Shown here piece by piece: positions 10,855 through 24,250 of a stretch of 64,000 bases of DNA. The translations under genes and the position numbers were made by a program. This DNA is from Blasia pusilla (lineage: Eukaryota): positions 5,394,001-5,458,000 of the forward strand of contig CM114271.1 of assembly GCA_050084515.1 (NCBI GenBank), read 5' to 3'. The first letter of the stretch is position 1. Each line of letters begins with the position of its first letter. Below the pieces are notes generated by a model. It was not told the origin of the DNA. It did not search any database and was given only the letters and a program-made list of their open reading frames with translations.

Positions 10855-11806
10855 GAACAGGAGTTGAGTTATTTTAAAGAAGCTGCAAGTAAAGTTGAAT
10901 GGATTGAAGCTATGGAGGAAGAGCTTGCTACATTAAGAGATCAATAGACATGTGAGCTGGTTGATGTTCCTTCCGGTAAGGAAGCTATTGGTTGCAAATG
11001 GGTTTATAAAATCAAACGCAATCAAGATGATATAATTAATAGATATAAAGCGATATTGGTGGCTAAGGGCTATGCACAATAATATGGCATCGATTATGAG
11101 GAAACATTTAGCCCTGTTGCAAAGATGGCGACTACGAGATCAATGATTGTAGTTGTAGTAAGTAAGAAGTGGAGATTACATCACATGGACGTCAAGAATG
11201 CCTTCTTGAATGGAGACCTATATGAGGAGGTATATATGACTTAAACACTTGGATACGAGCATCCCAAGTTTCCATTTCGCGTATGCAGATTGAAGAAAGC
11301 TCTATACGGGCTCAAACAAGCTCCAATAGCTTGGTATGGCAAGATTACATACGTCCTACAAGAGTTAGGTTTTAGGATGTGTGATTCTGACTCCTCGTTA
11401 TATGTCTTGAGAGGACAAGATCATACGATTATCATTATGTTGTATGTTGACAATCTCTTGATTACTAGGAGTAATGAAGAAATGGTACAATAAGTCAAGA
11501 TGAAGTTACAAGCAGAATTTGATATGAAGGACTTGGGAGAACTCAAGTACTTCCTTGGTGTTGAATTTATCAAGGTAGTAGCATCAAGCTTGCTAATAAT
11601 CTTGTGTTTCATGCTCGTACAAAGCATGTTGATGTGCACTATCATTTTATCAAAGAGAAAGTGCTTGCCGGAGAAATTGATCTTGTGTATATAGGTACAA
11701 ATTAGCAAATTGTTGATATCTTTACAAAGGCATTGTCTAGAGATAAGTTTGAGATGTTTAGAAATGATTTAGGCGTTAGAGATATCGATATGAGTTTGAG
11801 GGGAAG
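10855..11806 (+). mobile_element. Ty1/copia RT-RNase H remnant with internal deletion, ending in a PPT
   Basis: [70 protein letters not shown], then a jump to HARTKHVDVHYHFIKE and DIFTKAL. PPT GAGGGGAAG at about 11798-11806 is followed by LTR-like TATTGAA. Confidence 0.92.
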
Positions 11807-14800
11807 TATTGAAGATTGAGTTACAATCAAGCTCATGAAATACTTGAACTGCTACATTTGGTACTCACACAAAGTAGGGAAGCTTAATCTTGGTTAGTCA
11901 GTTAAGCGCGATTATCTTAACTAGGGTTAGTTAATCATAATTAGTCTAACTCGAGACTATGGTTAAGGTTAGGATTAGGATTGCTTGTACATACCCTATA
12001 TAATTAAGAAGGGGAACAACCTCACTTATTCTCTCATTGCAAATTTTGTTCTCCATGGTGGTATATGAGTGTGAGAGCCGTTTCCTACCAGCTATGCTTC
12101 TTTAGCAATTTTCCACAACTCATTCTTAAGGTGATAGACTGAACAATCTGGGTCATGGCGTCAAATGTAGAGAAAGAGAAATGCCTAAAAGTTCATTACG
12201 TCCAAGGTGAGTGAGGATTCCTTACGTAGTACGAAGGCAATGAAGGTCGAGTGTCAAACAAACATAGAATGCAACGTGCAATTTTCTAAGTAGAGAAACT
12301 GGTAGGATCTTTCATATTTCATGAATAAATCTCCACAGGGCTTTCTATAAATAATTTCAAGGTTGGAGTGTGGAAAATATCCTAGTTAGATCTTTTAGAT
12401 ATGTATCGAAAACAAATTTTTCATTGAGGCAAGCCACGTACAGAGAGAAGAAGGAAAGGGAAAGGGATGAGGCAGTTGAATGGAAGGAAGTGATTGCAAT
12501 TGCGCAAATTTTGCATTGTATAGAAGAAACTAGCGCCAACTTGGATGTGAGTTTAGCCCGGTGACGATGTTATGCAATCTACCACTAGATAGTCCCGATG
12601 GAATCTCAACTTACCTTTAAGACCATGGTTGTAGCTCAATAGACTTTTACACACCTTCACTTCCAATTGCACCCTTTGCCACCAACTATGAATCTGCTCA
12701 TAGGTCACCACTCCAATTCCCAACCACCGATTGAAGAGGAAAGACCGTAATGAAAAAAGAACGCAAAAAAGTTTGTGAAATTGAATTTGAGCAAGTCTAA
12801 AAGTGTCCACCAAAAAGTCTAACAATATGCAGAAAAGAATGTGAACAAAATTTTTTGCAATTTAGAACACCACGACCCAATTGCAACCAATTGAGAGTAA
12901 GGTAAAGAAACGAATGCTTTCATGAGTTTGCATTTACAAAACGAGTTCGGGTTTACATAATCAGAAAAATGAGCTAGAGGAAATTCAGAAATGACCTATT
13001 CATGAATTCGACATGGAAAGGGAAGCTCAATGGAACACGTAAGTCCCAACAAATGAGCTCCAAATCTCAGCCAAATCTCAAAAACATGATCATCAGTCTT
13101 GAGCAAGTTTCAAATAAAAATCAGCATGCACCAAACTTAGGTAACATGAGTGTGATAGCATTCATACAAGAGAATTTTGAAGTGGATATTTAGTTCCATC
13201 ACTTGCAACATAATCTAGGACCTATGCGCATTATATCACAACATTGTTCTGGTACAAGTTGAGCAGATGCATTTACCATGTCCGTTGACATCCAACGGTT
13301 CACCATCGACCACATAGGCTCTGAAGGACACCTAGATAGGGTCTTCAACTAGAGAATATAAGAAGGGATGTAGCTACCAAAAAGAATAGAAACAAAAGGA
13401 TAAAAAAATAGAGGCACGAGATCAAAGAGATTAAACTGAAGGCCACTTGTATGCGCCAAAAATATCACTTTATACATTGTTATTGCACATTGGGCTCCCA
13501 TAAGAAAATGTTTACATCAACATTGGTGCTACATTACATGGTTTCTATGATTAGGAAGAATTAAATTTCACTTCGGACATTGTGGCATTGGATTGTACGA
13601 TGAGCTCTCATGAAACAAGGTCAACATGGAAACTTTGAAAAGAAATCTTCATGCAACACATATTCTCATCTTGTGCAAGACAAGAATGCAACTACACAAT
13701 GTCACCCTTTACTTTGCTACCAGTATTGAGTAGCCCTAATACGTGATACCAATTTTTTTCCTTTTTACTACAATGGATGGCCATCTACTTGCGAGGAAAA
13801 AAAAGGTTGGATGAATCACTCATGAGACAATGAATTCTGTATGTTAAAGCCCGTCCCCATGGAGTCACGGCGGGAGTCCCTCTCCGACGGTCCTACCAGT
13901 TGCCAGGTAGGATCACAAACGGTTTCGATGTTTGATTATAAAAGAATTTAAAAGACAACCGGCTACCGTTCTTTGATTTTCCAAGGATCGTCCCTAGTAT
14001 TTCTTCGCCGTAAATTTCACGGCGCGGAAGGACAAGCGACCCGCCTATGGTCCGTGGATTGATAGTCGTCGATTAAGCATCGGAAGGATCCTACGACCAT
14101 GGAATTGCTCCATGGGGACCTACTCTTAGTGTTGAAGACGAAGCAGTTCTCTTTCGCCAATTTTGTTGTTAGTGTGTACCCTAGCTTTGGCTCTTTTGAG
14201 CTCACTTGAAAGCTTTTTTTTATCTTATTCTAGATTGCAGATAAATTTTGTGGTACAAGTTTGATTGCTAAGTCAAAAGAAGTGACGATAACATAGTCAT
14301 AAGGGCCATAAAGAGACATATCGCAAGTCGAGAGATTATTGTTGTAGCATACATACTCAAAAACCTACTTGGTTTGCATCCCTACTAGTACTAAATTTCC
14401 TGCGTGATTCATTGGGCTACATTTGCAAATGCAGCCCTTTTAATAAGTGCGAACTTCCGTGCACCTACCTAAGGACTCCATTCCACACAATGGCAAAATG
14501 TCAAAGAAGAGGATTTGGTTTCTTTCCGACAGTAGAGACTTAAAGGTTCAAATAGAGGATTTGGTTTCTTTTCTTTAGTGGAGATACAAATAGTATTTTT
14601 GGAATGGATAATCCTAGTAGTTGGTATGGATAGCTTCAGTCGTAGGAGCATGATAAACAAAATTTGAGAAAATCTACTCCAACCGTCAAATTCTGTATAA
14701 ATATAATGGTACAAATTTTCTTTGAAAAGAACTTGTGGGGCGACAATGCAAGCATTTATGCCCATGTTAACGCACTTAAGTGAATGTAGATAGGATCCCA

Positions 14801-15331
14801 TGCTCATTCAACATGAAGATTTACATTTTCAGATATTAACTATGGTAACTCAAATTGATAAGACTCAAATTCACGTGTATTATTTTGACTTCTTGGGCTC
14901 GTTTGTTACCATATCACTTATGCTTACTTCATAATTTGAAGTTAACCCTTGGAACTTCAAAATTTTAAGATCCACATATTTCATCTATGGTTTTTAGTGA
15001 AGCCATACAAAATAAAATCATGACGTGGTACTTTCTCAATTAAAATGTTCACATTTTGGAAAAACTTATCTTATAACTCAACTTGCCCACCATTCATTGT
15101 GACACTGACACATTGCTACAAATATAAGAGTCTAGTAACTAAACTTTGTGTTTGGCCAAATGAATAAACTGATTTATGTGAAGGCCATGGGACTTGAAAT
15201 TAAAACACTAGACACCTAGCAGAAAAGGGGCGTCCAAAGAAGCTAAATGTCATAAACACTCTACTTTAGCAAGCACTTACCATTGTAGAATTCTACATGT
15301 TTCTACCATACTATCAGCGCCCTCAGAAGGG

Positions 15332-16012
15332 TTCGAGAAAGTCACTTGCAGCTTTCTTGAAGATAGCAGCTTGCCTCATTGTTAAGTTCATTTGAACTAC
15401 AATATGTACATTGCCAGCTTCTTGGGTGTCAAAAGTTTCCTGGTTCTGACTCCTAACTCTGATGAGCAACATGACTAGTTGACATTGGGGCAATGAGGCA
15501 ACAAGCTTTTCAGTCGATCCTCCATTCAGTTGGTGAAAGCATACTTGCTTGCTCAATTTGGAGTAAAAGTTTCATTCAGATTGCTTAGCTTTCACAATGC
15601 TTAATGAAAGGTAATGCTTATCGACACCACGACAAGAAACTAATACCCATGTCCTCATTGAGGTATCTTCGAGAAAGTCTTCGAGAAAGTCACTTGCAGC
15701 TTTCTTGAAGATAGCAGCTTGCCTCATTGTTAAGTTCATTTGAACTACAATATGTACATTGCCAGCTTCTTGGGTGTCAAAACTTTCCTGGTTCTGACTC
15801 CTAACTCTGATGAGCAACATGACTAGTTGACATTGAGGCAATGAGGCAACAAGCTTTTCAGTCGATCCTCCATTCAGTTGGTGAAAGCATACTTGCTTGC
15901 TCAATTTGGAGTAAAAGTTTCATTCAGATTGCTTAGCTTTCACAATGCTTAATGAAAGGTAATGCTTATCGACACCACGACAAGAAACTAATACCCATGT
16001 CCTCATTGAGGT
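15332..16012. repeat. 333-bp near-perfect tandem duplication
   Basis: 15332-15664 matches 15680-16012 with about 2 substitutions. A 15-bp filler lies between the copies. Confidence 0.95.
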
Positions 16013-16144
16013 CCAGGTCTTCCGTGTGAGCAGGATCTCAGAAGTGGCGGTGATGAAATAACATGGCAGAGGTCAAGATCATGGCTGACAACCATCCTAT
16101 CTCTCTAGTTATTGTTAACAGCCCATGGAGTGGTACCAAGCAAG

Positions 16145-19100
16145 TCACTTCTTCCTGCAAAGGGCCATACCATCACCAATTGCAACCTGCAATTGGTTTG
16201 TGACTGTCAGGGTCTTGAAAGAACAACCTGAAGGTGCAATCAGAGGCCTATGCTGAAAGAAGAGAGTGACGCCTGATGAAAAAGAAAGTATACATGAAAG
16301 CTCACCAAAGTGTAATCTATTCGGTTGTCCACCATGAGAAAGTTGTTGAAATCCCGAATACTTTCAGTTTTCTTGTCAACAATCTGGAAAGCTAATTGTT
16401 AGCTGCTGAAAGGTTGTGCAAAGGAAACAACTGGCAAGAAAAGCTGATTTACACTTCGTGTATGTGTGTGTGTGTGTGTGAGTATCTCTATTACTTACCA
16501 GAGGATCAGCGACGGCTCCATGCCAAAGCACATTATCAACCACCACAAGTCCTCCGGGTCTCACCTGCACCACATCATTTATAAAATCAGGAAATCATCA
16601 GTAGTAAAAATGCTTCATCCTTGGAGGCATTTCGTGAGTGCAACAGATATAGCCTCGCCATCCTAAATCCATACCAGTTCACTCTTTGTCTGGCAAGGCA
16701 GACAAAGAGTGACACAAATGAACTAAGTCTGACACGATACCGGCAGGAAACACACCAGTTCTAGCAGCAGCTCGTAATACTGTGCGTACATTCTCTTGTC
16801 CGCATCTATAAATGCAAAGTCATACCTGGGTCAAAAAAGGTAATTCATTCCAAATGTCAGTCTATCACGGACAGATGTGGATTGTTTCATAACTACTACA
16901 ACAAAGTAAATGATGCCCTATTATTTGCTTTGTTGGACTAGTTATGAAACAAACCTGTTGTAGCATCAGTATGCACACTAGTATTGGTCAAGGCTTACAA
17001 ACCTATTTTTTTAACCTGTGCCTCAGTCCTGTTACTCTAGAAAGCAATGCACAATCAGCAACAACGATTCTTGTCTCCCATCTTAAACGACTTCAGGCAA
17101 GTCATGTGGAGCCAGGTTCCAGCATTTTTGGCAGAACGAAAATCGAATTGGAGATTCACCTTCCTGCACCTCCCTGCAGAATTAAGCAGTTAAGGGTGTC
17201 GACTGCCATTCCAAGTCTTACATCTACCTGTTCACATGCAGAAACTTCAAAAATAACTCATAATCAAAAGTTGGCAGTTTCTGACTCAATATGAGTCCCC
17301 ATTAGACGCTTCTACACACTACTGTCAAACGTGTCCCATTGGATGATACATCTATGAAAAGTGCTTTCCACTGCTCTAGTAGATCATCTGTTCTGCCGAA
17401 TTCCTTCCGAATGATATTCCAAAACAAGTGTCTACAGATCCTCAAAATTTGTGGAAAATTAAAATTCGTCAAAACTCAGGTTTTGCTAAGATTTCCCAGA
17501 CCTTGTCAGAAACTCCTGCTCGAATGAAGTACTTTTGTGCTACAGCAAGAGATTTCTCACACCTATCACATGCGACAAGACGCCCCAAATCTGGCAGCAC
17601 CAACGCAACAGCCAATGATGAATATCCCTGCAACATATATCATGTCACACTACATTCAATCATGTCTTTAGAATTTGAGGGGGGAAGAGGAGGGCGGGGG
17701 TGGTGGGGGGTGGAAGGAAAAGAAGAAAGCACCCTAGCAAGATCCAAATACAGATTGATGCAGGTAATAGAGGCTATTTCGGTCTGATAGACATTCTTAA
17801 GTCTATCATTAGAGTTATTTTGCTCCTTTAAGTGGAGTGGCTTACAGTAAAGACCCCAACTTCGATGCAGTGCTTTGCTCCCATCAGCTGCACTAACATT
17901 GCCAGAAGTTGCCCTTGATCGGGTGTGACCTGGAACAAACAAATTAAAATTTCTACAGTTAAATCCTTGAAATCCATAGCAAATCCAATCACGTCTGACC
18001 ACGTTGCATGATTCTGTACAGCAATTTCGTAGTGCAAGAAGAGTTCACCAATTCTTCTTGAAAGTTTGGCGTGAGGCTCGTCAAAATCGACTGCAGCATA
18101 GTCTTACAAATTTCTTAAAGACACTAGTAGGTTCAAAACTTTCCAAAAAATTCTCCACTTGGGGATGTGTTGACTGAAACAAAGTCAAGGGCTGCTGACA
18201 CTTGGAGGAGTTGAAGGAGAGCAAGGATCAAACCAGCACTAAAAGAAGAGCTTGGAAGCCATGGAAGTAAACCACTACAACTGTTACAGCATCCAAAGTC
18301 CTCACAAAGAAGACCAGTGCAGCTCCAAATTATTTCCACAGAAATTTCACCTGCATCTGAGCCCCATTCATTTGAAGTGTTTCCTCTCGTAATTCTCGCA
18401 AAATCTGTGTCCAGTTTGCATTGTCAGTAATGCAGAATCCTATTGTTGTGGGTACAAATCATGATGCAAACTAGTCATATTCTCCACACATTGACTGAAC
18501 TCCAACTGCCATGTAGAGGAACAACAAACAAAACAAAACACCCAGTTGGACTGACTTGAGATCCTCTCAAAGATGTCAACATACAATTCCTCTCACAGAG
18601 GCCACCCGTTCAATTCCCATCATGGACAGTTGGGGGCGGTCTGAACCCTAGGGCAGTGGTGTTCCCTACCTAGGGCATGGATGACCTGTGTTCTAGAGAG
18701 AGAAAGCTTTGAGTGCCTTACATGCGTGTGTGACTTGACTATGCTACCGGGTCAAGAATTTAGAAAAAATCCACGCCTTCACTGAGAAAACAAATCTCCT
18801 CCCTGGGAACCCCAGACCGAAACCTAGATGTGAATGTGCCTAATCTGATGCAATGTCACTAAAACACATATGGAAGGGGTTCACTAGGCCTCTAGGCTTC
18901 CCGTGAACCAGAAACCTAACTCAACTCCATTCCCTATTCGGGCTCTCCTCTGGTTCTCAAAGCCACACAATCACCATGTCTCCAAAAAAAGCTTTGACAA
19001 ACCTTGAAACTCCACAACTTCCACAATGCCTATAAAGCTGACAGAGGAAGTAACGCAGACTATATTAAGACAGCACCTGAAACTTACCCATGCATGCATT

Positions 19101-19638
19101 GAGATCTCCACTACTTCTCAAAGTTCCAACCATACAATCCTCTTATCTCCAAAAAAAGCTGAGAGAAACAGCAAATCATACTATCTAACACAACACCCTC
19201 AACTAACTTGTGCTCCTTCCAGTTTCGGATCTCCTCCAGTTTTCACAATCCAACCTAAACAATCACCATCCTTCTATCCAATTCTGAAGCTCCCAGCGGA
19301 TTAATTTCTGCAATTCAGGACGTGGTCATATTCTAGATCACGCGCAGGACTACTCAAAACAGCAGAAAGATTTGTACCTCAGGTTCACGAACGTGCGCTT
19401 GGACATACTTAAAGATTCGATCATCAAATTCCACCTTCGCCTTTGATGCGGACACAGTTTTCACTGCATTGATTTTCAAGTTCTCTGCATTTTGCTGCTG
19501 AGCATATACTACAAATCCCTTACACGCCTGTTGTCTGCATTTGGCTGCTTTCTGCAACTTCACCACTCTGCCTGAACAATCCCACCTGGGCCACACTACT
19601 CCACTTCGCCATAGTCCTAAACCTGCAATCCCGGCCAT
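16145..19638 (-). CDS. SAM-dependent O-methyltransferase, CCoAOMT-like (Methyltransf_3), with a transit-peptide-like N-terminus, about 282 aa
   Basis: Nine GT-AG exons: 19638-19378, 18404-18351, 17929-17846, 17627-17502, 17227-17160, 16825-16756, 16564-16499, 16383-16306, 16186-16145. Motifs IEVGVFTGYS, YDFAFIDADK, GGLVVVDNVLWHG, IGDG. A possible extra upstream exon ends at 21590. Confidence 0.92.
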
Positions 19639-20699
19639 CGCTATCACCTGGGAGCAGTTGTGCTTCCCCACTTTTAATTGCACTCTAAGCCCTACAAGAT
19701 CAAAGAAAAAGGTTGACACTAACGAGATTGACATCAACAGTTGAGAGCATTCTACTTGGTGCTTAAGCATCGTTGTGAGTTCGTACATTGGCTGCACTTC
19801 CCCTGGAGGTTCGGTTAACGCGATCCAGTTAATGTTTCTGCTCTATTTCAATTTCCCCTTGACCAGCTCATGATTTCGGTAGTCTAGATGGAGCCCCTTA
19901 TGGACAGGCTAGCTGAATTAATATTGGCATCAAAACACTTGGACTCTGACAGATCTTCCATCGATGTGCAAAGATTACCATCTGTTACCGATCCAGGGAC
20001 CTCCAGTGCGCCAAATATGTAGGTGCCATCTCAAACATCACTCACAGATAGACCCTGCCCTAGCATATCGTGTAGACAGAGATGGCTAGAGTTGGAGAAC
20101 CTAAGTTCGTTTAATGCAGAATTTGTGAAAGCAGGAAACCCCTCCACATGCTCAAACCCTGACAAGTCATTCTGGGATATCTCACCAATAATGGCAGAAA
20201 AGGAAAATAATATCACCAAGCTCCTGGCATTCAGTTAAAATTCAGCTACTAAAGTGAGAAGGGCTCAAGAATTTTTAAATTTTTTTTTTAAAATACATAC
20301 CAATGAGTTATCAGCTCAACACCTCTAAGGACTCTTTCAAATTCTGCATAAGTGCGAACTTCTGGGACACATTCTGCTGGGCACCTGATTTCCGCGTCTG
20401 CCACTCGAGCTTCCTCTGCCTGACTAGACAACAACCCAATCGAAAGTAAATAAAACTATTTGAGAAAACACAATCTAATCGACTTCCTGCAACTCACTCA
20501 GGAAACTCTCAAACTTGGGGGGAACACCAAAACCAACCCAGCTATCAGCAAAGGCGCTATTTAGAAATAGCTAGCATTCCAAAAATGCACTTATTCCTCC
20601 AGTATGGGAGGCGAATCACGTGCAATCGGAACTCGTACATCACATCACAGTGGAAAGAGCAGAGACCCATTTGGCAGACTTGCTTCAAAAGTAACTCAA

Positions 20700-21435
20700 T
20701 CCAGAATGAAAGCGGCAGAGGAAACTGAATTCATCGCAGCCAATTTGGCACTTCAGATCACAACAAGAGTAGAGATGGACCCAGTGTGACATCTGCTTCC
20801 AGGGCGTCTCAATTCAAGATAGGAGCTGCAGAGGAAACTGAATTCACTGCAGCTAACTTGGCACATCAGATCACAAGAACACGACTAGAGTTGGAAGTAA
20901 TTTGACACGGCTGCGTCCGGCGTGGATCGATTGAGAATTGAACCTGAGCCTTTCCAGAGCGAACGGAATCCAAAACAGCGAAAAAAGCAGAGGGAACTGA
21001 ATTCACTGCAGCCAAAAATTCCGCACATCAAGCAGAGCAGATAGTGGGACAATTGAGAATGGAAGCTGCAAAGGAGACTGAGTTCACTGCAGCCGAATAT
21101 TCCGCACATCAAGGAGAGCGGATCAGAGCATAGCAGAGAGTGGGATAACTGAAAATGCAAGCTGCAAAGGAGACTGGATTCACTGCAGCCAAAAATTCCG
21201 CACATCAAGCAGAGCAGAGACTGGTACAATTCAGAATGGAAGCTGCAGAGTAAACTGAAATCGCTGTAGCCAGAAATTCGGCACATGGAGCAGAGCAGAG
21301 AGTGGGACAATTAAGAATGGAAACTGCAGAGGAAACTGAAACCGCTGCAGACAAAATTCGGCACATGGAGCAGAGTAGAATAGATCGGACAGGGGCTCCA
21401 TTGAGAATGGAAGCTGCACAAGAAACTGAACTAGC
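20700..21435. repeat. Degenerate minisatellite, about 81-96 bp units
   Basis: Repeated GAATGGAAGCTGCAGAGGAAACTGAATTCACTGCAGCCAAAAATTCCGCACATCAAGCAGAGCAG core, with anchors near 21063, 21159, 21240, 21321 and 21411. Confidence 0.88.
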
Positions 21436-22166
21436 TGAATGCCCAGAACAACAGCCACCGGTCCATCCACGACGGCAACTTCATAGACCCCCGACACAAT
21501 GGGACTCAAGGCCACGAAAATCACCTCCCTACAGTATCTTGGCGTCGCAGACTCTCATTCGAATGCAGCATCCGGTCGATTCCGCTCACCTCCATCCTCC
21601 TGAAAACCCTCTCCCCCCCTTCCATCCCTGAGCTCCACCAGTACACCGGCGACGAGGAATCCATCCACAGCTCCGGAGACGCCGGCGATCCAGTACTCCA
21701 CCAGAGAGTGATCTTCGTATGACCGGAAGCGCGCCAATGGGGCGTCTCAAATTGATGTCCATAGTCCCGGACGTCTTTTCCCATATATTTTTTATGGTTT
21801 TACGGGCAGGTTAGGTGCTCGGTGTGGAAAGGAAAGAGGTAGAAGCTAGCCTCTTATGACCGGACATAGAGACATACATCCTATTTCTATTGTAGGCAGC
21901 GGGTCTCCACAGCTTTGCAATCAATGGACTTAAGCAACGGGCTCATGATATAGGAGATGTGAGCGCTAGTAGCCCACTTGGTGGTAGTGACGTCTCTCTG
22001 GGTGTTGTTGGCATTGTTTATGCAGTGGGTGAGTTTGGTTGATAGGAGGGGTGCCCCCTTTTCTGTTTCCGGGCCGATTGTGGCCTTCGAGTATTTGACT
22101 CTTTGAGTCCCCCCCTTTTTTGTATTTCGGATGGGTTTTCCATCACCTTCTTTTATTGCCAAGTAA

Positions 22167-22363
22167 TTTTATACTATGATGCGTGATAGCCCTCTCATCA
22201 ATATTGTAACGATCGAGAGCCCTCGGGTTTGACAATTTTATTTTGGGTTAGCTTCCTATTGTGCACATGTCACATCTAATTAGTTAATCTCATTTAGCTA
22301 ATTTTCAAAAAGGGGCACATGGGCACTCATCATTAACTTGTGTATCGCACAGGCACCAACTAG
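22167..22363 (+). mobile_element. Non-autonomous mini-Helitron
   Basis: 3' end TGTGTATCGCACAGGCACCAACTAG|T (hairpin plus CTAG). The 5' end TTTATACTATGATGCG resembles the other two copies. Confidence 0.6.
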
Positions 22364-23379
22364 TAAAATATTTTCTTGTTGCCTATAGTATGAATTTTTT
22401 CTTCTTGCTGCACTAGTACCATGTGGCAATAAAGAAGTGTTTGAAAATCAAAAAGGGGTTCCCTATAGTAACATAGGTTGGTGCATGTAAATCCAGAGCT
22501 ATGCACATGCCCATAAAGATATTACACAATGGAAGTCATTACATCCCATCCCTCTTATTAATACCCTCGCTTTTCATGTAGACTTTTACTACCATTTATT
22601 CAGGTTCTTGTTTCCCTCTTTGACTTCCCACATCTTTAGTTTTTCCACTATGCCATTTTTTTGTTTTTGTTAGAGGGAGGGATTTTAGAATTTCTAAGTT
22701 GAGAGGGTAGTTGAGAGAAAATTTTGGGTGAACCATTATTGTGAGCGGGAAGAGAGTCAAGCATCATGACTACAAAGTTTGAAGGAAGAGATATATGAAA
22801 TTTTTATAGGGGGTTATCCCCCAAGGTTGATGGAGGGGTGTCATGTCCCCTTTTTGATGAGGTGTATATATGCCTCGGCTCACATAGGTCGTCCCTTGTT
22901 TGGGGCCTCATGGATTGTCTAGTTGGGATTTTTAGCCACTTAGTGGTTCCAAATTCTTGAGGGAGTGAAATTCTCATTGTGGATCATCCGGTTGGGATAC
23001 TATATTCCCTTCTTTTTTTTCAATTCTTCATTCCCTCGGGAATTTTGAACCACTTAGTAGCTAAAAATTCCAGCTTCGATAGATTTGGATGGGTGATCCC
23101 TCTAGTTGACCAAAGATGCTTTCCGGTGCTTCTCACAACATCAACTCCTCTTGAGTCATGGGAGTGGTTGAAATCTCACCTTTTCATCATTAAGGGTATC
23201 TTAAAGGCCTCTTTTCACTGCTTGAGGTTATTCCATATGTAGGATCCCCGTGCTATTTGAGATAATCTCCACCATGCCTTCCTTCTCCCCTTAGCTAGGA
23301 TTGCACATCACCCTATAGACGAGCTCTCATAGTATCTAATACTTCTGCTTCTATGTTGGTGTCCCCACTATCTTCACAC

Positions 23380-24250
23380 AATTGCTTGCTTGGACTAGTC
23401 CCTCTTTGGATGGGCACTTAGACTTTCTCCAATGTTTACTTTTGGATGCTTTTTTGGTATGGTGTAGGAACATTTTTTGGATTTCTTTCCTCCAGATGAC
23501 TATGGTAGTGGCTTTTTCAAGTTGCTCCAAGTTGCTTCTCACTTAGCTAAGGGGAGAGCTCCTATAGAAATGACCCAAGTATTGGGGGCGAGGTGACTTT
23601 TGACGTTATCTAAGGAGGATGGAGGGATTTGTCTAATTTCTGTAAGTAAGGTGTTCTTGAAGTTGGTGAGTCTCACTAGTGCTATATAATATGACGTTTT
23701 CTTGTCACAATTGAGTCCATATGAATTTGGAGTTGCCATGCATCCCATTCAATTGTGAGACAATCATACTAGATTCAAGGGCTTACACATGTAGAGTGGA
23801 TGAATGTGCTAGTAGATGTGGAGAACCCCTTTAACTCAATGTCTCATGCTTCTACCTTCTCAGAGTTGAGGGATAAAGGTGGCCCCATTGCAAGCCTCAT
23901 TCCCTTTGTGTGAGCTTTCTACATGGCTCCTTTGGTCCTCTATTTCAACCAGGGTGAGCTAGAGGATGCAGTTAGAGTTCTAGAATCTTCCACCATAACT
24001 ACTCGTCAAGGTAATCTCCTAGATAGTGTTGTTTTCGCTTTGGCTCATCACTAGGTTGTTCTCTCCACAGTAGAGGCCTTTTTGGGTTTGCAGATGATAC
24101 TCATACCGTTGGCCTTGGAGATCTCATTTTTGCTACATTCCAACACTTTATTGCCTAATTGGTATGTATCGTCCTAGTAGTCAAGGTGGTAAAGTGCAAG
24201 GCATGGTCTCCATTGGGCCTATCCCATGATGTTCACCTACTCGACGAATT
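23380..24250 (+). mobile_element. Decayed non-LTR retrotransposon RT, CRE-like
   Basis: Fragments GGICLISVSKVFLKLVS (cf. GGIRPIAVGE), LSPYEFGVA, LVDVENPFNSMS (cf. DxxNAFNS), LIPFV.AFY, TRQGNLL...FALAH and FADD, in correct order. Confidence 0.65.

Noticed and set aside
13853-14119. Possible MITE with a 12-bp inverted repeat GTCCCCATGGAG/CTCCATGGGGAC
   Set aside because: No TSD and no second full copy in the window, so the evidence is insufficient.
15323-15904. Two paralogous small ORFs
   Set aside because: By-products of the 333-bp duplication, with non-ATG starts and no recognisable motifs.
20700-21435. CRISPR-like array
   Set aside because: Eukaryotic context, degenerate whole-unit repeats without unique spacers, and no cas genes.
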